Positions 36,195 to 45,759 of a stretch of DNA of 64,000 nucleotides are shown here, one piece after another. Each line of letters opens with the position of its first letter. The stretch's first letter is position 1. The stretch is from an uncultured Verrucomicrobiae bacterium (GTDB lineage: Bacteria; Verrucomicrobiota; Verrucomicrobiia; Limisphaerales; UBA11358). The notes beneath the pieces are model-generated. The model was not told the origin of the DNA, ran no database searches, and worked only from the letters and a program-made list of their open reading frames with translations. The stretch is from assembly GCA_963738245.1 (NCBI GenBank), contig CAVTWB010000010.1, positions 161,603 to 225,602 on the forward strand, written 5' to 3'. A program made the position numbers and the translations under genes.

Positions 36195-36398
36195 GCCTTG
36201 AAACGGCCAGCCACCGACTGACACGGACAAACAATGACGGGGAAAAAGTTGTCCGTGCCGGCGTCCGTGCATGGCCGCCGCCCCGGACGGATTGGTTTTC
36301 GCTCCTCACCGGCTGACTTTCCCCCACGAACGATTCGCCTCCGCATCCACCTCGTCCGGCTTTCAGCCACCTTCTCCCCAGAGCGGAGGAGTTAACCT

Positions 36399-38546
36399 CT
36401 AATCCCGGTGGCTGAATTCCAGAATCGCGCCGCGCCACCAGGCCGCGAGCGATTCACCGGGCCGCTGCCAGGTTTGCTGGTGCAGCCAGACCATCACGCG
36501 CTGGTCGGCCATGACGAGCATCCGTTCGGCGGCGGTTAATTTGTCCGGCCCTTCGGCCAGCAGTTTTTCACCCAGCGCCTGGACCACCTCGCCGCCGCAG
36601 CCGAGCTTGGAAAATTGCTCGGCATAGACCGGGTTGAGCTGTTTCTCGCGCAGCAGCGAGACGTGGATGGCGTTGACGTAAGGATCAAGAATCACCTCGG
36701 CCAATCCGGCGTGCGGACGGGGCGGAGTGGGATCGCCGGTGAGTTCGTGGATTTTTAACTGTGCGCGCAGCGAAACCAGTTCCACCGGCGGTCTGGTTTC
36801 TTCCGGTGTCAGGCAAAAACCGAGCCGCCGGGCGTGCGCTCCGAGGCTGCGGCGGCTGGTCAGGACGCTCAACGGAATGGACAGGGCCATGCCGGCCAGC
36901 ACGGGCGTGAACCACCAGAACAGGGTCGGATCCAGCCGCCACATGAACGCGCCCCATACGACGCCGATGAGCGTATGGCCCCAGTGCCGTTGCGCCGCGT
37001 AAAGCCAGGCGGTGCCGTCGGCGGCGCGTTTCTGCGCCGCCCAGCCGACGCTGATGCCGAGAATGTTGGTCAGCACGAAGCGCGTGTGCCAGAGCATGAG
37101 CATGGGCGCGTGCAGCGTGGAAAAAACGGTTTCGCCGACCACGCCGGAGGCGGCCCGCGCCAGTCCGCCGAACGCACGGCGGCGTTCCCAGTCGTTGGCG
37201 AGGTCAATGAGAGCCAGGAATTTTGGCAGCATGATGACGACCATGCAGATGATGAAAATCAGCAGCGCGTGCGCCGTGCCGCTCATGCCGCTCAAATACG
37301 GATTGAACGCCGGCACGGTGATGTTGGAAAGTTCGGTGTATTTTTGATACGCGTAAATATAATTAAACGTCAGCAGAAACGCCAGCCACAGCGGGCCAGC
37401 GAGATAACCGCAGATGCCGAGGATCAAATGCATCCGGCTGACACCGCGCAAGCCTTTCGCGAACAGGACGAGGCCGTGCTGCAAATTGCCCTGGCACCAG
37501 CGACGTTCGCGCTGCGCATTTTCAATGAGCGCCTGCGGCGCCTCCTCATAGCTGCCTTCGAGGTCGTAGGCGAACCAGACCTCCCAGTTTTCGCGGAGCA
37601 GCAGCGCCGCCTCGACAAAATCGTGGCTCAAAATCTGGCCGCCGAACGGCTTGCGACCGGGCAGTTGCGGCAGGTCGCAGCATTGCATGAACGGCTCGGT
37701 GCGGATGATGGCGTTGTGGCCCCAATAATTCCCGAGGTCGAGCGCCCAGTAATTCAGCCCGGCGATGAAGATCGGCGCGTAAAGGCGGTTGGCAAACTGC
37801 TGGATGCGGCCGAACAGCGATTCCGCGTTCACGAGCGCGGGCACGGTCTGGATCAGGCCGGCGGCCGGATGAGCCTCCATCAATTTCACCAAATCCACGA
37901 GCGTTTCGCCGCGCATCACGCTGTCGGCGTCGCAACAAATAAAATAGCGGTAGCGGCGGCCCCAGGTGTTAAGAAAATCGCGCACATTGCCGCTCTTGCG
38001 GGCTTCGTTGACCAGGCGGCGGCGGTAATAAATTTTTCCGAGCGCGTCGAGTTCGCGGATCAAGTCATACCACCGGCGTTCCTCCTCGATCCATTTGTCC
38101 GGGTCGGTCGAGTCGCTCAGGATGAAAAAGTCGAACCGCTCCAACTGGCCGGCTTTGGCGAGCGATTCATAGGTTGCGCGCAGGCCTTCGTAAACGCGGA
38201 CGACATTTTCATTGTAGATCGGGAACACGATCGCGGTGCTGATACCGTCAATGTTCTGGCCGCGAAAATTTGCCAGGTTCGTGATGCGGCGTTTGTCGCC
38301 AAAGGTCCGCAGAAAAAACCCATACACGCCATGCACGCAGCCGATGGCGGCGAACGAGAATAAAATCACGAAGAGCACCAGCAGCACGGTGCGGGCGGCG
38401 GACCAGCCGGTGCGCCAGAGCAGGTCGGCAAAAAGCATCGAAACGAGGCCGGTGAGCAGCAGCGCGCAGGAATAAAAAACGAAGACGCGCCAGCCCCGCC
38501 GAAGGCGAGGGGCCGCCGCAACGGAAATTTTCGGTGCGTCAGCCAT
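36399..38546 (-). CDS. opgH: glucans biosynthesis glucosyltransferase H
   Basis: AIVFPIYNE...FFILSDSTD...GNVRDFL...FICCDADSVM...QRERRWCQGNLQH plus multiple TM segments. ATG 38546 is preferred over the track start. Confidence 0.92.
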   Translation of the reverse strand: MADAPKISVAAAPRLRRGWRVFVFYSCALLLTGLVSMLFADLLWRTGWSAARTVLLVLFVILFSFAAIGCVHGVYGFFLRTFGDKRRITNLANFRGQNIDGISTAIVFPIYNENVVRVYEGLRATYESLAKAGQLERFDFFILSDSTDPDKWIEEERRWYDLIRELDALGKIYYRRRLVNEARKSGNVRDFLNTWGRRYRYFICCDADSVMRGETLVDLVKLMEAHPAAGLIQTVPALVNAESLFGRIQQFANRLYAPIFIAGLNYWALDLGNYWGHNAIIRTEPFMQCCDLPQLPGRKPFGGQILSHDFVEAALLLRENWEVWFAYDLEGSYEEAPQALIENAQRERRWCQGNLQHGLVLFAKGLRGVSRMHLILGICGYLAGPLWLAFLLTFNYIYAYQKYTELSNITVPAFNPYLSGMSGTAHALLIFIICMVVIMLPKFLALIDLANDWERRRAFGGLARAASGVVGETVFSTLHAPMLMLWHTRFVLTNILGISVGWAAQKRAADGTAWLYAAQRHWGHTLIGVVWGAFMWRLDPTLFWWFTPVLAGMALSIPLSVLTSRRSLGAHARRLGFCLTPEETRPPVELVSLRAQLKIHELTGDPTPPRPHAGLAEVILDPYVNAIHVSLLREKQLNPVYAEQFSKLGCGGEVVQALGEKLLAEGPDKLTAAERMLVMADQRVMVWLHQQTWQRPGESLAAWWRGAILEFSHRD

Positions 38547-39189
38547 CTTGCCGGAACCAGTCAATGACGTGGAACAGTTTGGCTTTGGCTTGCTCGATCC
38601 CGGCGTGGGTAAGCCAGAAAATGGCGACGAGCAGCAGCGCAAACAGGGTCCACGCCAGCACCATCCGGAAATAAGGCAGCCGGCCGAGGTTGGTCAGCGT
38701 CGTGATCGGGCCGAGATCCAACGGGCGCGGCGTCATCTTGGAAAGCTGGAAATCCGGGCCGGCGCGCAGAAACGTTTCACGCATGGCGCTGGTGAATTCC
38801 TCCGGCCACGGCCCGGGCCGCAGGAATTGGTCCTGCCATTTTCCCGGCATGTCGGCGAGCAGCAGCGCGAGCCGGCCGCGCGTGGAAAGGGTCTGGTCGG
38901 TGTTCGTCGGCGAGACCTGGAGCACTTCGGAAAACCATTCGGTCACGATGCGGTCCATTTCCTCGGCGGCAAGCTGCGTGGCGGAACGGCCCGGCTCGGC
39001 GGGCGCGCGGCGCTGGGCGCGTTCGAGCACGCGCAGGACAAGCTGGCCGAGCAGCGGTTTGTTCCGGATGCGGAGCGCGTGAAAGTAGCTTTCCACTTTC
39101 GCATAGGCGGCATTCCATTCTTCCAGCGGACGACCGGCAAGCTGGCCGGATTCATCGGGCAAAATCGCGGGGTTCACGGCGGACTCCAT
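38539..39189 (-). CDS. uncharacterised single-pass membrane protein encoded between opgG and opgH
   Basis: MESAVNPAILPDESG... soluble N-domain, then C-terminal TM MVLAWTLFALLLVAIFWL. Overlaps the opgG end by 16 nt and the opgH start by 8 nt. Confidence 0.6.
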   Translation of the reverse strand: MESAVNPAILPDESGQLAGRPLEEWNAAYAKVESYFHALRIRNKPLLGQLVLRVLERAQRRAPAEPGRSATQLAAEEMDRIVTEWFSEVLQVSPTNTDQTLSTRGRLALLLADMPGKWQDQFLRPGPWPEEFTSAMRETFLRAGPDFQLSKMTPRPLDLGPITTLTNLGRLPYFRMVLAWTLFALLLVAIFWLTHAGIEQAKAKLFHVIDWFRQDG

Positions 39190-40739
39190 TGATAAGTCCA
39201 GGTCTCGCCCACAACATTGGTGCCCTGTTGCAGCGAGCAGCGCAAATCCACGGGATCCACATTGCCGGGCTTGGGCTGCATTTTCAAAATCACGCGCCAG
39301 GTCCCCAAATCTTCGTTGCGGATGACCTGGTTGTCCAAAATCGCGGCGTTCGTGCTGCAATTGGCGATGGCCACCGGCGGCGTGTTTTCTGGAATGGCGT
39401 CCAGCTTCGGCCCGTCGAAATCAATCACGATCTGCCGGCAATCCTTGCAGTTCAAATCCAGCCCGATGCGCGTGGCCACCGCCCGGTTCTCGGACAATTT
39501 CGTGTCGTTCTCCCGCGTCCAGTAAAGCGTGTAGCCGAAATGATACGGCTGCAACGGCGCGGGCTTTTCCTTGGGATCCCAGAACGCGACGATGTTGTCC
39601 AGGCCCTCAAACTCGGCGTTTAATTCCACCAGGTGCAGATCGCCTTCGCCCCAATTGCCATGCGGCTCGACCCAGACACTCGGCACCAGATGATATGGGT
39701 TGAAGCTGTCCTGATACGCCGCGAAGGAGCGTTCGCGCTGCATCAGCCCGAAGCCGCGGATGTTCGGCGCGTAAAAAACCTGGTGCCGCATCACCGACGG
39801 ATTGTCGAGCGGACGCCAAATCACCTCGCCATTGTCCATCCGGGCCAGCAAGCCGTCGCTGTCGTGGACTTCCAAACGGTAATCGTCCGGCTTGCGCTCG
39901 GTGGTTTTGCCAAACCAGAACATGCTCGTCAGCGGCGCAAGGCCGAGGGTTTTAACCGGCTGCCGTTTGGCATCCACTTCATGAATCTTGTTCGTCTGGC
40001 GCAAATACAAAATGGCTTCCACGTCGCAGACGGTCGTTTCGCCGGGGCGGATGAGGAATTCATACGCGCCCACGCAGCTCACGCTGTCGAGAATCGCGAA
40101 GAGCCGCAGTTCCGTGTCCTCCTTTTGCGGCTTGCCGAGCCACCAGTCGGTGAAGATGGGAAATTCCTCCGGCCGGTCCGGCTCGCCGCTGTCCAGCGCC
40201 AGCCCGCGCGCGGACATGCCGTAACGCTGGTCCTTGCCGAGCAGCCGGAAATAGCTCGCGCCCAAAAACGCGCCGAGTTCGTCCAGTTGATTCGTCTGGT
40301 TCAGCGGATACAAAACGCGGAAACCCGCATAGCCCGTGTTGACCGGAATCTCGTTTTGAATTTTCAGGTCGCCGTAATCAAAAAAATCCTGCACGAAGCG
40401 GATCGGCTGGACGTGCGTCAGCGTGAATTCGTAAATGTGAACCGGCTCCTGGTAAAGATAGCCCGGATGAAAAAATTCGATGCGGAACGGCAGGTCGTCC
40501 GCCGTCCAGAGCGCGCGGTCGCGGCGGAACCGGATTTCGCGGTATTTGTCGTAATCAAGATTGTCCTGACGCAAAACCTTCGGCAAATCCGCGCGCGGCG
40601 AGTGAAACGGCTTCTCGGCGCGTTCCAGCGCCCGCTTCGCCACATAATCGAGGTTCACCTCGGCGGATTCCGAGGCGGCGCAGACCGACGCGATCAGCAG
40701 ACTTCCGGTCAAAATCAAACGCCTATGGGCTTGCCACAT
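39174..40739 (-). CDS. opgG: periplasmic glucans biosynthesis protein G
   Basis: Signal peptide, then FRIEFFHPGYLYQEPVHIYE..., GFRVLYPLN, FRGFGLMQRE. 521 aa. Confidence 0.9.
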   Translation of the reverse strand: MWQAHRRLILTGSLLIASVCAASESAEVNLDYVAKRALERAEKPFHSPRADLPKVLRQDNLDYDKYREIRFRRDRALWTADDLPFRIEFFHPGYLYQEPVHIYEFTLTHVQPIRFVQDFFDYGDLKIQNEIPVNTGYAGFRVLYPLNQTNQLDELGAFLGASYFRLLGKDQRYGMSARGLALDSGEPDRPEEFPIFTDWWLGKPQKEDTELRLFAILDSVSCVGAYEFLIRPGETTVCDVEAILYLRQTNKIHEVDAKRQPVKTLGLAPLTSMFWFGKTTERKPDDYRLEVHDSDGLLARMDNGEVIWRPLDNPSVMRHQVFYAPNIRGFGLMQRERSFAAYQDSFNPYHLVPSVWVEPHGNWGEGDLHLVELNAEFEGLDNIVAFWDPKEKPAPLQPYHFGYTLYWTRENDTKLSENRAVATRIGLDLNCKDCRQIVIDFDGPKLDAIPENTPPVAIANCSTNAAILDNQVIRNEDLGTWRVILKMQPKPGNVDPVDLRCSLQQGTNVVGETWTYQWSPP

Positions 40740-40817
40740 CTTGGGAACATGAGAACCGAAACCGGCCCGGTTTGCAAGTTTAGTGCGAAAACCCCTTATT
40801 TTTAAAATGAAAATGGG

Positions 40818-41957
40818 TTAATCCAGCGTCTGCCGGTAGCGTTTGATGCCGATGACCAGCATCACGACCAGAAACAACGCGATGGGCCACAAATCCGGCG
40901 CGATTTCGGCCAGGCCATTTCCCTTCAGCAAAATGCCGCGCACGACACGCAGAAAATGCGTGAGCGGCAGGCATTCGCCGACATCCTGCGCCCAGACCGG
41001 CATCCCGCGAAACGGAAACATGTAGCCCGACAGCAGCAGCGACGGCAGGAAAAAGAAAAACGCCATCTGCACCGCCTGGAGCTGGTTTTTGGCGATGGTC
41101 GAAAATGTGATGCCGACCGCGAGGTTGGCGACGATGAAGAGAAACGTCATCACCACGAGCAGCAGCAGGCTGCCGACCATCGGCACATCGAACAAAAACT
41201 TGGCGGCGACCAGAATGAGCGCGACCTGGATGTAGCCGACCGCGATGTAAGGCACGATTTTGCCGATGAGCACCTCGCCGGGCCGCACCGGCGTGGAGAG
41301 CAGGTTTTCCATCGTGCCGCGTTCGCGTTCGCGCGTGATGGCCAGCGCGGTGATCATCACCATCGTCATCGTCAGCATCACGCCCATCAAACCGGGCACG
41401 ATGTTATACTGCGTGATGTTTTCCGGGTTGTAACGCTGCTGGACGACGAGATTGAACGGCGTGGCGCTGGGCTGAAGTTTTGCCAGCGGCCCCGTCAAAT
41501 CACGGTTCAAGACCGTCGGCGTGAGTGAATTCATCGCCGCGATCGCATAACCCACCGCCGTCGGGTCGGTGGCGTCGGCTTCCAACAGCAAATCTGGTTT
41601 TTCGCCGCGCAGCAGCTTGCGCGAAAAATCCACCGGAATGGTCACAGCGAACTGCACGGCGTTTTCCGCCAGCAGCGTGTTGATCTCCGCCTCGTTTCTC
41701 GGCTCGAGTGTGATGTCGAAGTAGCTGCTATTGCGCATTCCCCAGACGATGCTGCGCGCGAACACGCTGTTGTCCGCCGAATAAACCGCCGTCGGCAGGT
41801 GCTTCGGGTCGGAATTAATGGCGTAGCCGAACAGGATGAGCTGGATCATCGGCACGCCGATCATCATGCCGAACGTCAGCCGGTCGCGGCGCATCTGGAT
41901 GAATTCCTTGCGGATCACCGCGCAAAACCGACGCCAGTTGAATTCGTGCAGCTTCAC
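40818..41957 (-). CDS. ABC-2 type efflux permease
   Basis: GTG start overlapping the ATPase stop (GTGA). RRFCAVIRKEFIQMRRDRLTFGMMIGVPMIQLILFGYAI..., REREGTMENLLSTP-like motif (RERERGTMENLLSTPV). Confidence 0.85.
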   Translation of the reverse strand: MKLHEFNWRRFCAVIRKEFIQMRRDRLTFGMMIGVPMIQLILFGYAINSDPKHLPTAVYSADNSVFARSIVWGMRNSSYFDITLEPRNEAEINTLLAENAVQFAVTIPVDFSRKLLRGEKPDLLLEADATDPTAVGYAIAAMNSLTPTVLNRDLTGPLAKLQPSATPFNLVVQQRYNPENITQYNIVPGLMGVMLTMTMVMITALAITRERERGTMENLLSTPVRPGEVLIGKIVPYIAVGYIQVALILVAAKFLFDVPMVGSLLLLVVMTFLFIVANLAVGITFSTIAKNQLQAVQMAFFFFLPSLLLSGYMFPFRGMPVWAQDVGECLPLTHFLRVVRGILLKGNGLAEIAPDLWPIALFLVVMLVIGIKRYRQTLD

Positions 41958-42880
41958 GAGAAATTGTCCTCCGCCGTGTCCATCAGGCTGATGAAAACAT
42001 CTTCCAGCCCGGATTGAATTTGCGTCCAATGATATTCGCCGGTCATCCACGGACTCACACTCGCGCGCAATTTTGCCGCGTCGCGCCCGCTGACATGCAG
42101 CGCCGTGCCAAACGCGACAACCTGTTCCACGCCGGGCAGGCCGCGAATTTTTCCCGCCAGCGCGGCAAGATTTTTTCCAGAAACCTCCCACGTTGTCAGC
42201 GCGGCGGTTTTCACCACCTCGTCCACCGCGCCGCTGGCGAGCAGGTTTCCGTAGGCAATATAAGCAAGCCGATGGCAACGCTCGGCTTCGTCCATGTAAT
42301 GTGTCGTGATGAGCACCGTCAGACCGCTGGCGGCGAGCTTGTGGATTTCGTCCCAGAATTCACGGCGCGCTTTCGGGTCAACGCCGGCCGTCGGTTCGTC
42401 GAGCAGCAGCAGTTGCGGTTCGTGAATCAGGCAGGCCGACAGCGCGAGTCGCTGTTTCCAGCCGCCGGAAAGCGTGCCGGCCAGTTGCTTGCGCCGTTCC
42501 ACCATGCCGAGGCGCTCCAAACTTTTTTCCACGGCGGCCTTGCGCAGCGGAATTTCGTAAAGCCGCGCGATGAAATCCAGATTCTCCTCGATGCTCAAAT
42601 CCTCGTAGAAGCTGAACCGCTGGGTCATGTAGCCGACGCGCTTTTTGATCTCGCCGCTTTGCGTGCGGAAATCCAGACCGAGGCAGCTTCCTTCGCCGCC
42701 GTCCGGCTTAAGCAGGCCGCAGAGCATCCGCAGGAACGTCGTCTTGCCGCTGCCGTTCGGACCGAGGAAGCCATAAATTTCGCCGGGCCGCACCTGCATG
42801 GCGATGTGGTTGACGACGGTGCGCGCGCCGAATTTTTTCGTGACGCCGCGCACGTCAATGACGAAATCGGTGGCATTCAT
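41954..42880 (-). CDS. ABC transporter ATP-binding protein
   Basis: GFLGPNGSGKTT, LSGGWKQRLALS, LLLLDEPTAGVD. Start at MNATDFVIDVRG. Confidence 0.9.
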   Translation of the reverse strand: MNATDFVIDVRGVTKKFGARTVVNHIAMQVRPGEIYGFLGPNGSGKTTFLRMLCGLLKPDGGEGSCLGLDFRTQSGEIKKRVGYMTQRFSFYEDLSIEENLDFIARLYEIPLRKAAVEKSLERLGMVERRKQLAGTLSGGWKQRLALSACLIHEPQLLLLDEPTAGVDPKARREFWDEIHKLAASGLTVLITTHYMDEAERCHRLAYIAYGNLLASGAVDEVVKTAALTTWEVSGKNLAALAGKIRGLPGVEQVVAFGTALHVSGRDAAKLRASVSPWMTGEYHWTQIQSGLEDVFISLMDTAEDNFS

Positions 42881-42891
42881 TCGCAGAACTT

Positions 42892-43431
42892 TTACATGGT
42901 TCGCTGGCCCTCTTCTCTGCAAAGGTTCTTGATTGCTTCGCTCGTGCGCAAGTAAGTGCCAAATTCCCCCGCGAATTTAACGCGCGAAGCCTCATAAACC
43001 AACGACCAGATTATGCTGGACGCTCGTTGCCCCAGCGGCTTTTCAGCAAGAACTCTTTGAAGATTTAAGACGCAAACGCCTGTCCCCATATATCTACAAA
43101 CGTTGCTTTGTTTCCATCGAGAACCGTTATTTTCCATCGGCCTAATATAAATTATTCGGATGTGCTTTATTACCAGTTCAAACTTTTCTTTATCATACCG
43201 ATTTAATAGCTCTAACGCTGTGTAAACTTTGATGTGATTAATCCAAGTTCCATCATCTTCGAGAGCGACCACACGAATTCCAAATTCTTCGAAGGCTGAC
43301 GGATATGGCTTTAAGCAGAACGCCCAAATAACTAACTGGCAACTTCGGAGAAAGCGAAACGGCAAATAGAACGGCAGAAGCACGAAATATCTTATTCTGC
43401 GAGACTTTTCAGATTTAACATCCGCTTTCAC
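42892..43431 (-). CDS. low-GC hypothetical protein embedded between the hlyD-like and ABC ATPase genes
   Basis: 179-aa ORF. The GTG start overlaps the HlyD stop (GTGA), and the stop is 11 nt before the ATPase start. Hydrophobic N-terminus YFVLLPFYLPFRFL..VIWAFCL. Clearly more AT-rich than the flanks. Confidence 0.55.
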   Translation of the reverse strand: MKADVKSEKSRRIRYFVLLPFYLPFRFLRSCQLVIWAFCLKPYPSAFEEFGIRVVALEDDGTWINHIKVYTALELLNRYDKEKFELVIKHIRIIYIRPMENNGSRWKQSNVCRYMGTGVCVLNLQRVLAEKPLGQRASSIIWSLVYEASRVKFAGEFGTYLRTSEAIKNLCREEGQRTM

Positions 43432-44237
43432 TTTGCGTTCAGCTTCACATCCACCGGCTGGCCGGGCCGGAGATCCGCCGCGTCCGCCGGTGAAAATGTC
43501 GCCTCGACCATGAACACCAGCTTCGCGCGGTTTTCGCGATTGTAAATCACCGGCGGCGTGAATTCAATCTGCGTGGAAATATAACTAATGGTCGGAGAAT
43601 AATTTTTTGCCGCACCGTCGAAAATGACTTTCACCGTCTCGCCCGTTTTAATTTTCGGCAACACTTCCTGGGGCACGAAAAACCGCACCTTGAGATTTTC
43701 CGGCGGCAGCAAAACCACGACCGGATTTCCCGCCGCGACCCATTCGCCCTGCCGATAAAGCGTGTCCTGCACAAACGCGTTTGTCGGCGCGAACTGCTGC
43801 TTCTGGTCGAACGACCACGCCGCCTTGTCGAGCGCGGCCTGTTGCGACGCGACCGCCGCCGCATCGGCGTCGCGCTGCGCGCGGGCCTGATCCAGTTCTT
43901 CGACGGAAATCACGCCATTGGCGTCACGCAATTGCTGCCGGCGGGAATAATTGGCATCGGAAAGCGCGAAGCTGGCCTTTGCCTGCGCCAGATTTTTTTT
44001 GGCCTCATCCAGCGCGGCGGCTTCGGAGCCGCGTTCCAGCGCGAAGAGCAGTTGCCCGGATTTCACTTCATCGCCGCGCGCGACGGCGAGATTGGTGAGC
44101 GCGCCGCCGAGCGGCGAGGCGACGTAAACATATTCGCCTTCGACATAACCTTGAAATTCATCCGGCGAATTGCGCGAGCAGCCGGTGACGAATGCGGCCG
44201 CCAAAACGAACAGGCTCAAGCTGGAGAAAATTTTCAT
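43428..44237 (-). CDS. HlyD-family membrane fusion (periplasmic adaptor) protein
   Basis: Lipoprotein-like start ..AAAFVTGC. EGEYVYVASPLGGALTNLAVARGDEVKSGQLLF, coiled-coil segment, VKVIFDGA..., PGQPVDVKL. Confidence 0.85.
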   Translation of the reverse strand: MKIFSSLSLFVLAAAFVTGCSRNSPDEFQGYVEGEYVYVASPLGGALTNLAVARGDEVKSGQLLFALERGSEAAALDEAKKNLAQAKASFALSDANYSRRQQLRDANGVISVEELDQARAQRDADAAAVASQQAALDKAAWSFDQKQQFAPTNAFVQDTLYRQGEWVAAGNPVVVLLPPENLKVRFFVPQEVLPKIKTGETVKVIFDGAAKNYSPTISYISTQIEFTPPVIYNRENRAKLVFMVEATFSPADAADLRPGQPVDVKLNAK

Positions 44238-44335
44238 GCAAACTTCGCGTGCATCCTAGCAGGAAGGCAATTTTTGACGAGCGAAACGATTCATTCGACT
44301 TTCAACTTACCGAATGGTAGGATTCTTCCGCTGTT

Positions 44336-45715
44336 ATGAAAAAATTGACGCTGCTTTCACTGTTTTTGGGCTTCACTTTCGAGGTTGTCGCCGCCGACAC
44401 CAACGCGCCGTCGTGGCTAACGCGGCCGCTTTCGCTCGCGGACTGCCTGAACATCGCGCTCGCGCAGAACGCCACGATTCTCAAGGCGAAAAATGATCTC
44501 GAAGCGCAATACGGCGTGGTCGTGCAGACGCGCGCGGTGGCGCTGCCGCAATTGCAGGCGACCGGCCAGTTCAAGGACACGGATCCAAGCGCGATCGAGA
44601 GTTTTCCCGGCACCAGCACGCCAAATCAAAACTGGACCGCCGGCGTGCAACTGGTGCAAACCATTTATCAGGGCGGCAAACTGCTGGCGGCGGTGCGCGC
44701 GGCCAAGGTCACCAAGGAGCAGGCGCTGGCGCAATACCAGACGACGCTCGCGGACACATTGCTGTCCGTGCGGCTGGCGTATTATGACATTCTGCTGGCG
44801 GCGGAGCAAATCACCGTGAACGAGACTTCCGTCAACCTGCTGCAAAAGGAACTGGACGACCAGCAGCGCCGATACGACGCGGGCACCGTGCCGCATTTCA
44901 ACGTGCTGCGCGCCAAGGTTTCCGTGGCCAACGCGAAGCCGCCCTTGCTCCAGGCGCAAAATAATTATCGCATCACCAAGAATAATCTGTCGAATCTGCT
45001 CGGCTACAATTTGCCGCGCGACATCTGGGAAAACATTCCGCTGACGCTCACCGACTCGCTCGATGCCGAGCCGTATCCCATCAACCTGTCCGACGCGCTG
45101 CAACAGGCGCTGAACCGGCGCCCCGAACTGGTCGCGCTGCGCAAATCCGAGGAACTGCAACGGTTGAGCATCACCGACGCGTCGTCTGGCTACAAACCGA
45201 GCGTCCAGGTTTTCGCCGGTTACAACTGGTTCAACCAGCAATTCAGTATCCCGACCGCCAGCCAGCCCAACCCGTCATCCCCGGGCCTCAATGAATATCT
45301 CGACGGCTGGAACGCCGGCGCGCAGGTGAGCTGGGACATTTTCGACGGAATGTTGACGCACGGAAAAGTCGTCCAAGCCAGGGCGCTTTACGAAAAATCC
45401 AAGACCGCCGTGGACGAAGAATCGCGCAACATCGAGCTGGAAGTGCGCACGACCTATTCCGATTTTCTCGAGGCGCAGCAGGTTTTGGAATCGCAAAAAA
45501 CCGTGCAGGAAGAGGCCGAGGAATCCTTGCGCGAAGCCAACGCCCGCGCCGACGCCGGCACCGGCACGCAGCTCGACGTGCTCGACGCCGAAAACCAGCT
45601 CACGCAGGCGCGCAGCACGCAGGTGCAGGCGCTGCATGATTACGACGCCGCCCGCGCGCGTTTTGAACGCGCCATCGGCGCGGAAATCGTCCAGAACTCA
45701 ATTTCAAAACCGTGA
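44336..45715 (+). CDS. TolC-family outer membrane efflux protein
   Basis: Signal peptide. LSLADCLNIALAQNATILKAKNDLE and duplicated alpha-helical repeats (RRYDAGTVPHFNVLRA...; ARADAGTGTQLDVLDAENQL). Confidence 0.88.
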   Translation: MKKLTLLSLFLGFTFEVVAADTNAPSWLTRPLSLADCLNIALAQNATILKAKNDLEAQYGVVVQTRAVALPQLQATGQFKDTDPSAIESFPGTSTPNQNWTAGVQLVQTIYQGGKLLAAVRAAKVTKEQALAQYQTTLADTLLSVRLAYYDILLAAEQITVNETSVNLLQKELDDQQRRYDAGTVPHFNVLRAKVSVANAKPPLLQAQNNYRITKNNLSNLLGYNLPRDIWENIPLTLTDSLDAEPYPINLSDALQQALNRRPELVALRKSEELQRLSITDASSGYKPSVQVFAGYNWFNQQFSIPTASQPNPSSPGLNEYLDGWNAGAQVSWDIFDGMLTHGKVVQARALYEKSKTAVDEESRNIELEVRTTYSDFLEAQQVLESQKTVQEEAEESLREANARADAGTGTQLDVLDAENQLTQARSTQVQALHDYDAARARFERAIGAEIVQNSISKP

Positions 45716-45759
45716 TTTGATGTTGCGGCGGCGGCGGGATTCTAGGATTTTGTCCGCTC

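Noticed and set aside
36230-36390. A third member of the 21-bp phased array family.
   Set aside because: It shares TCCGTGC-like words, but the spacing is irregular (12, 75 and 16 nt between tccg words). It is reported only as a weak resemblance.
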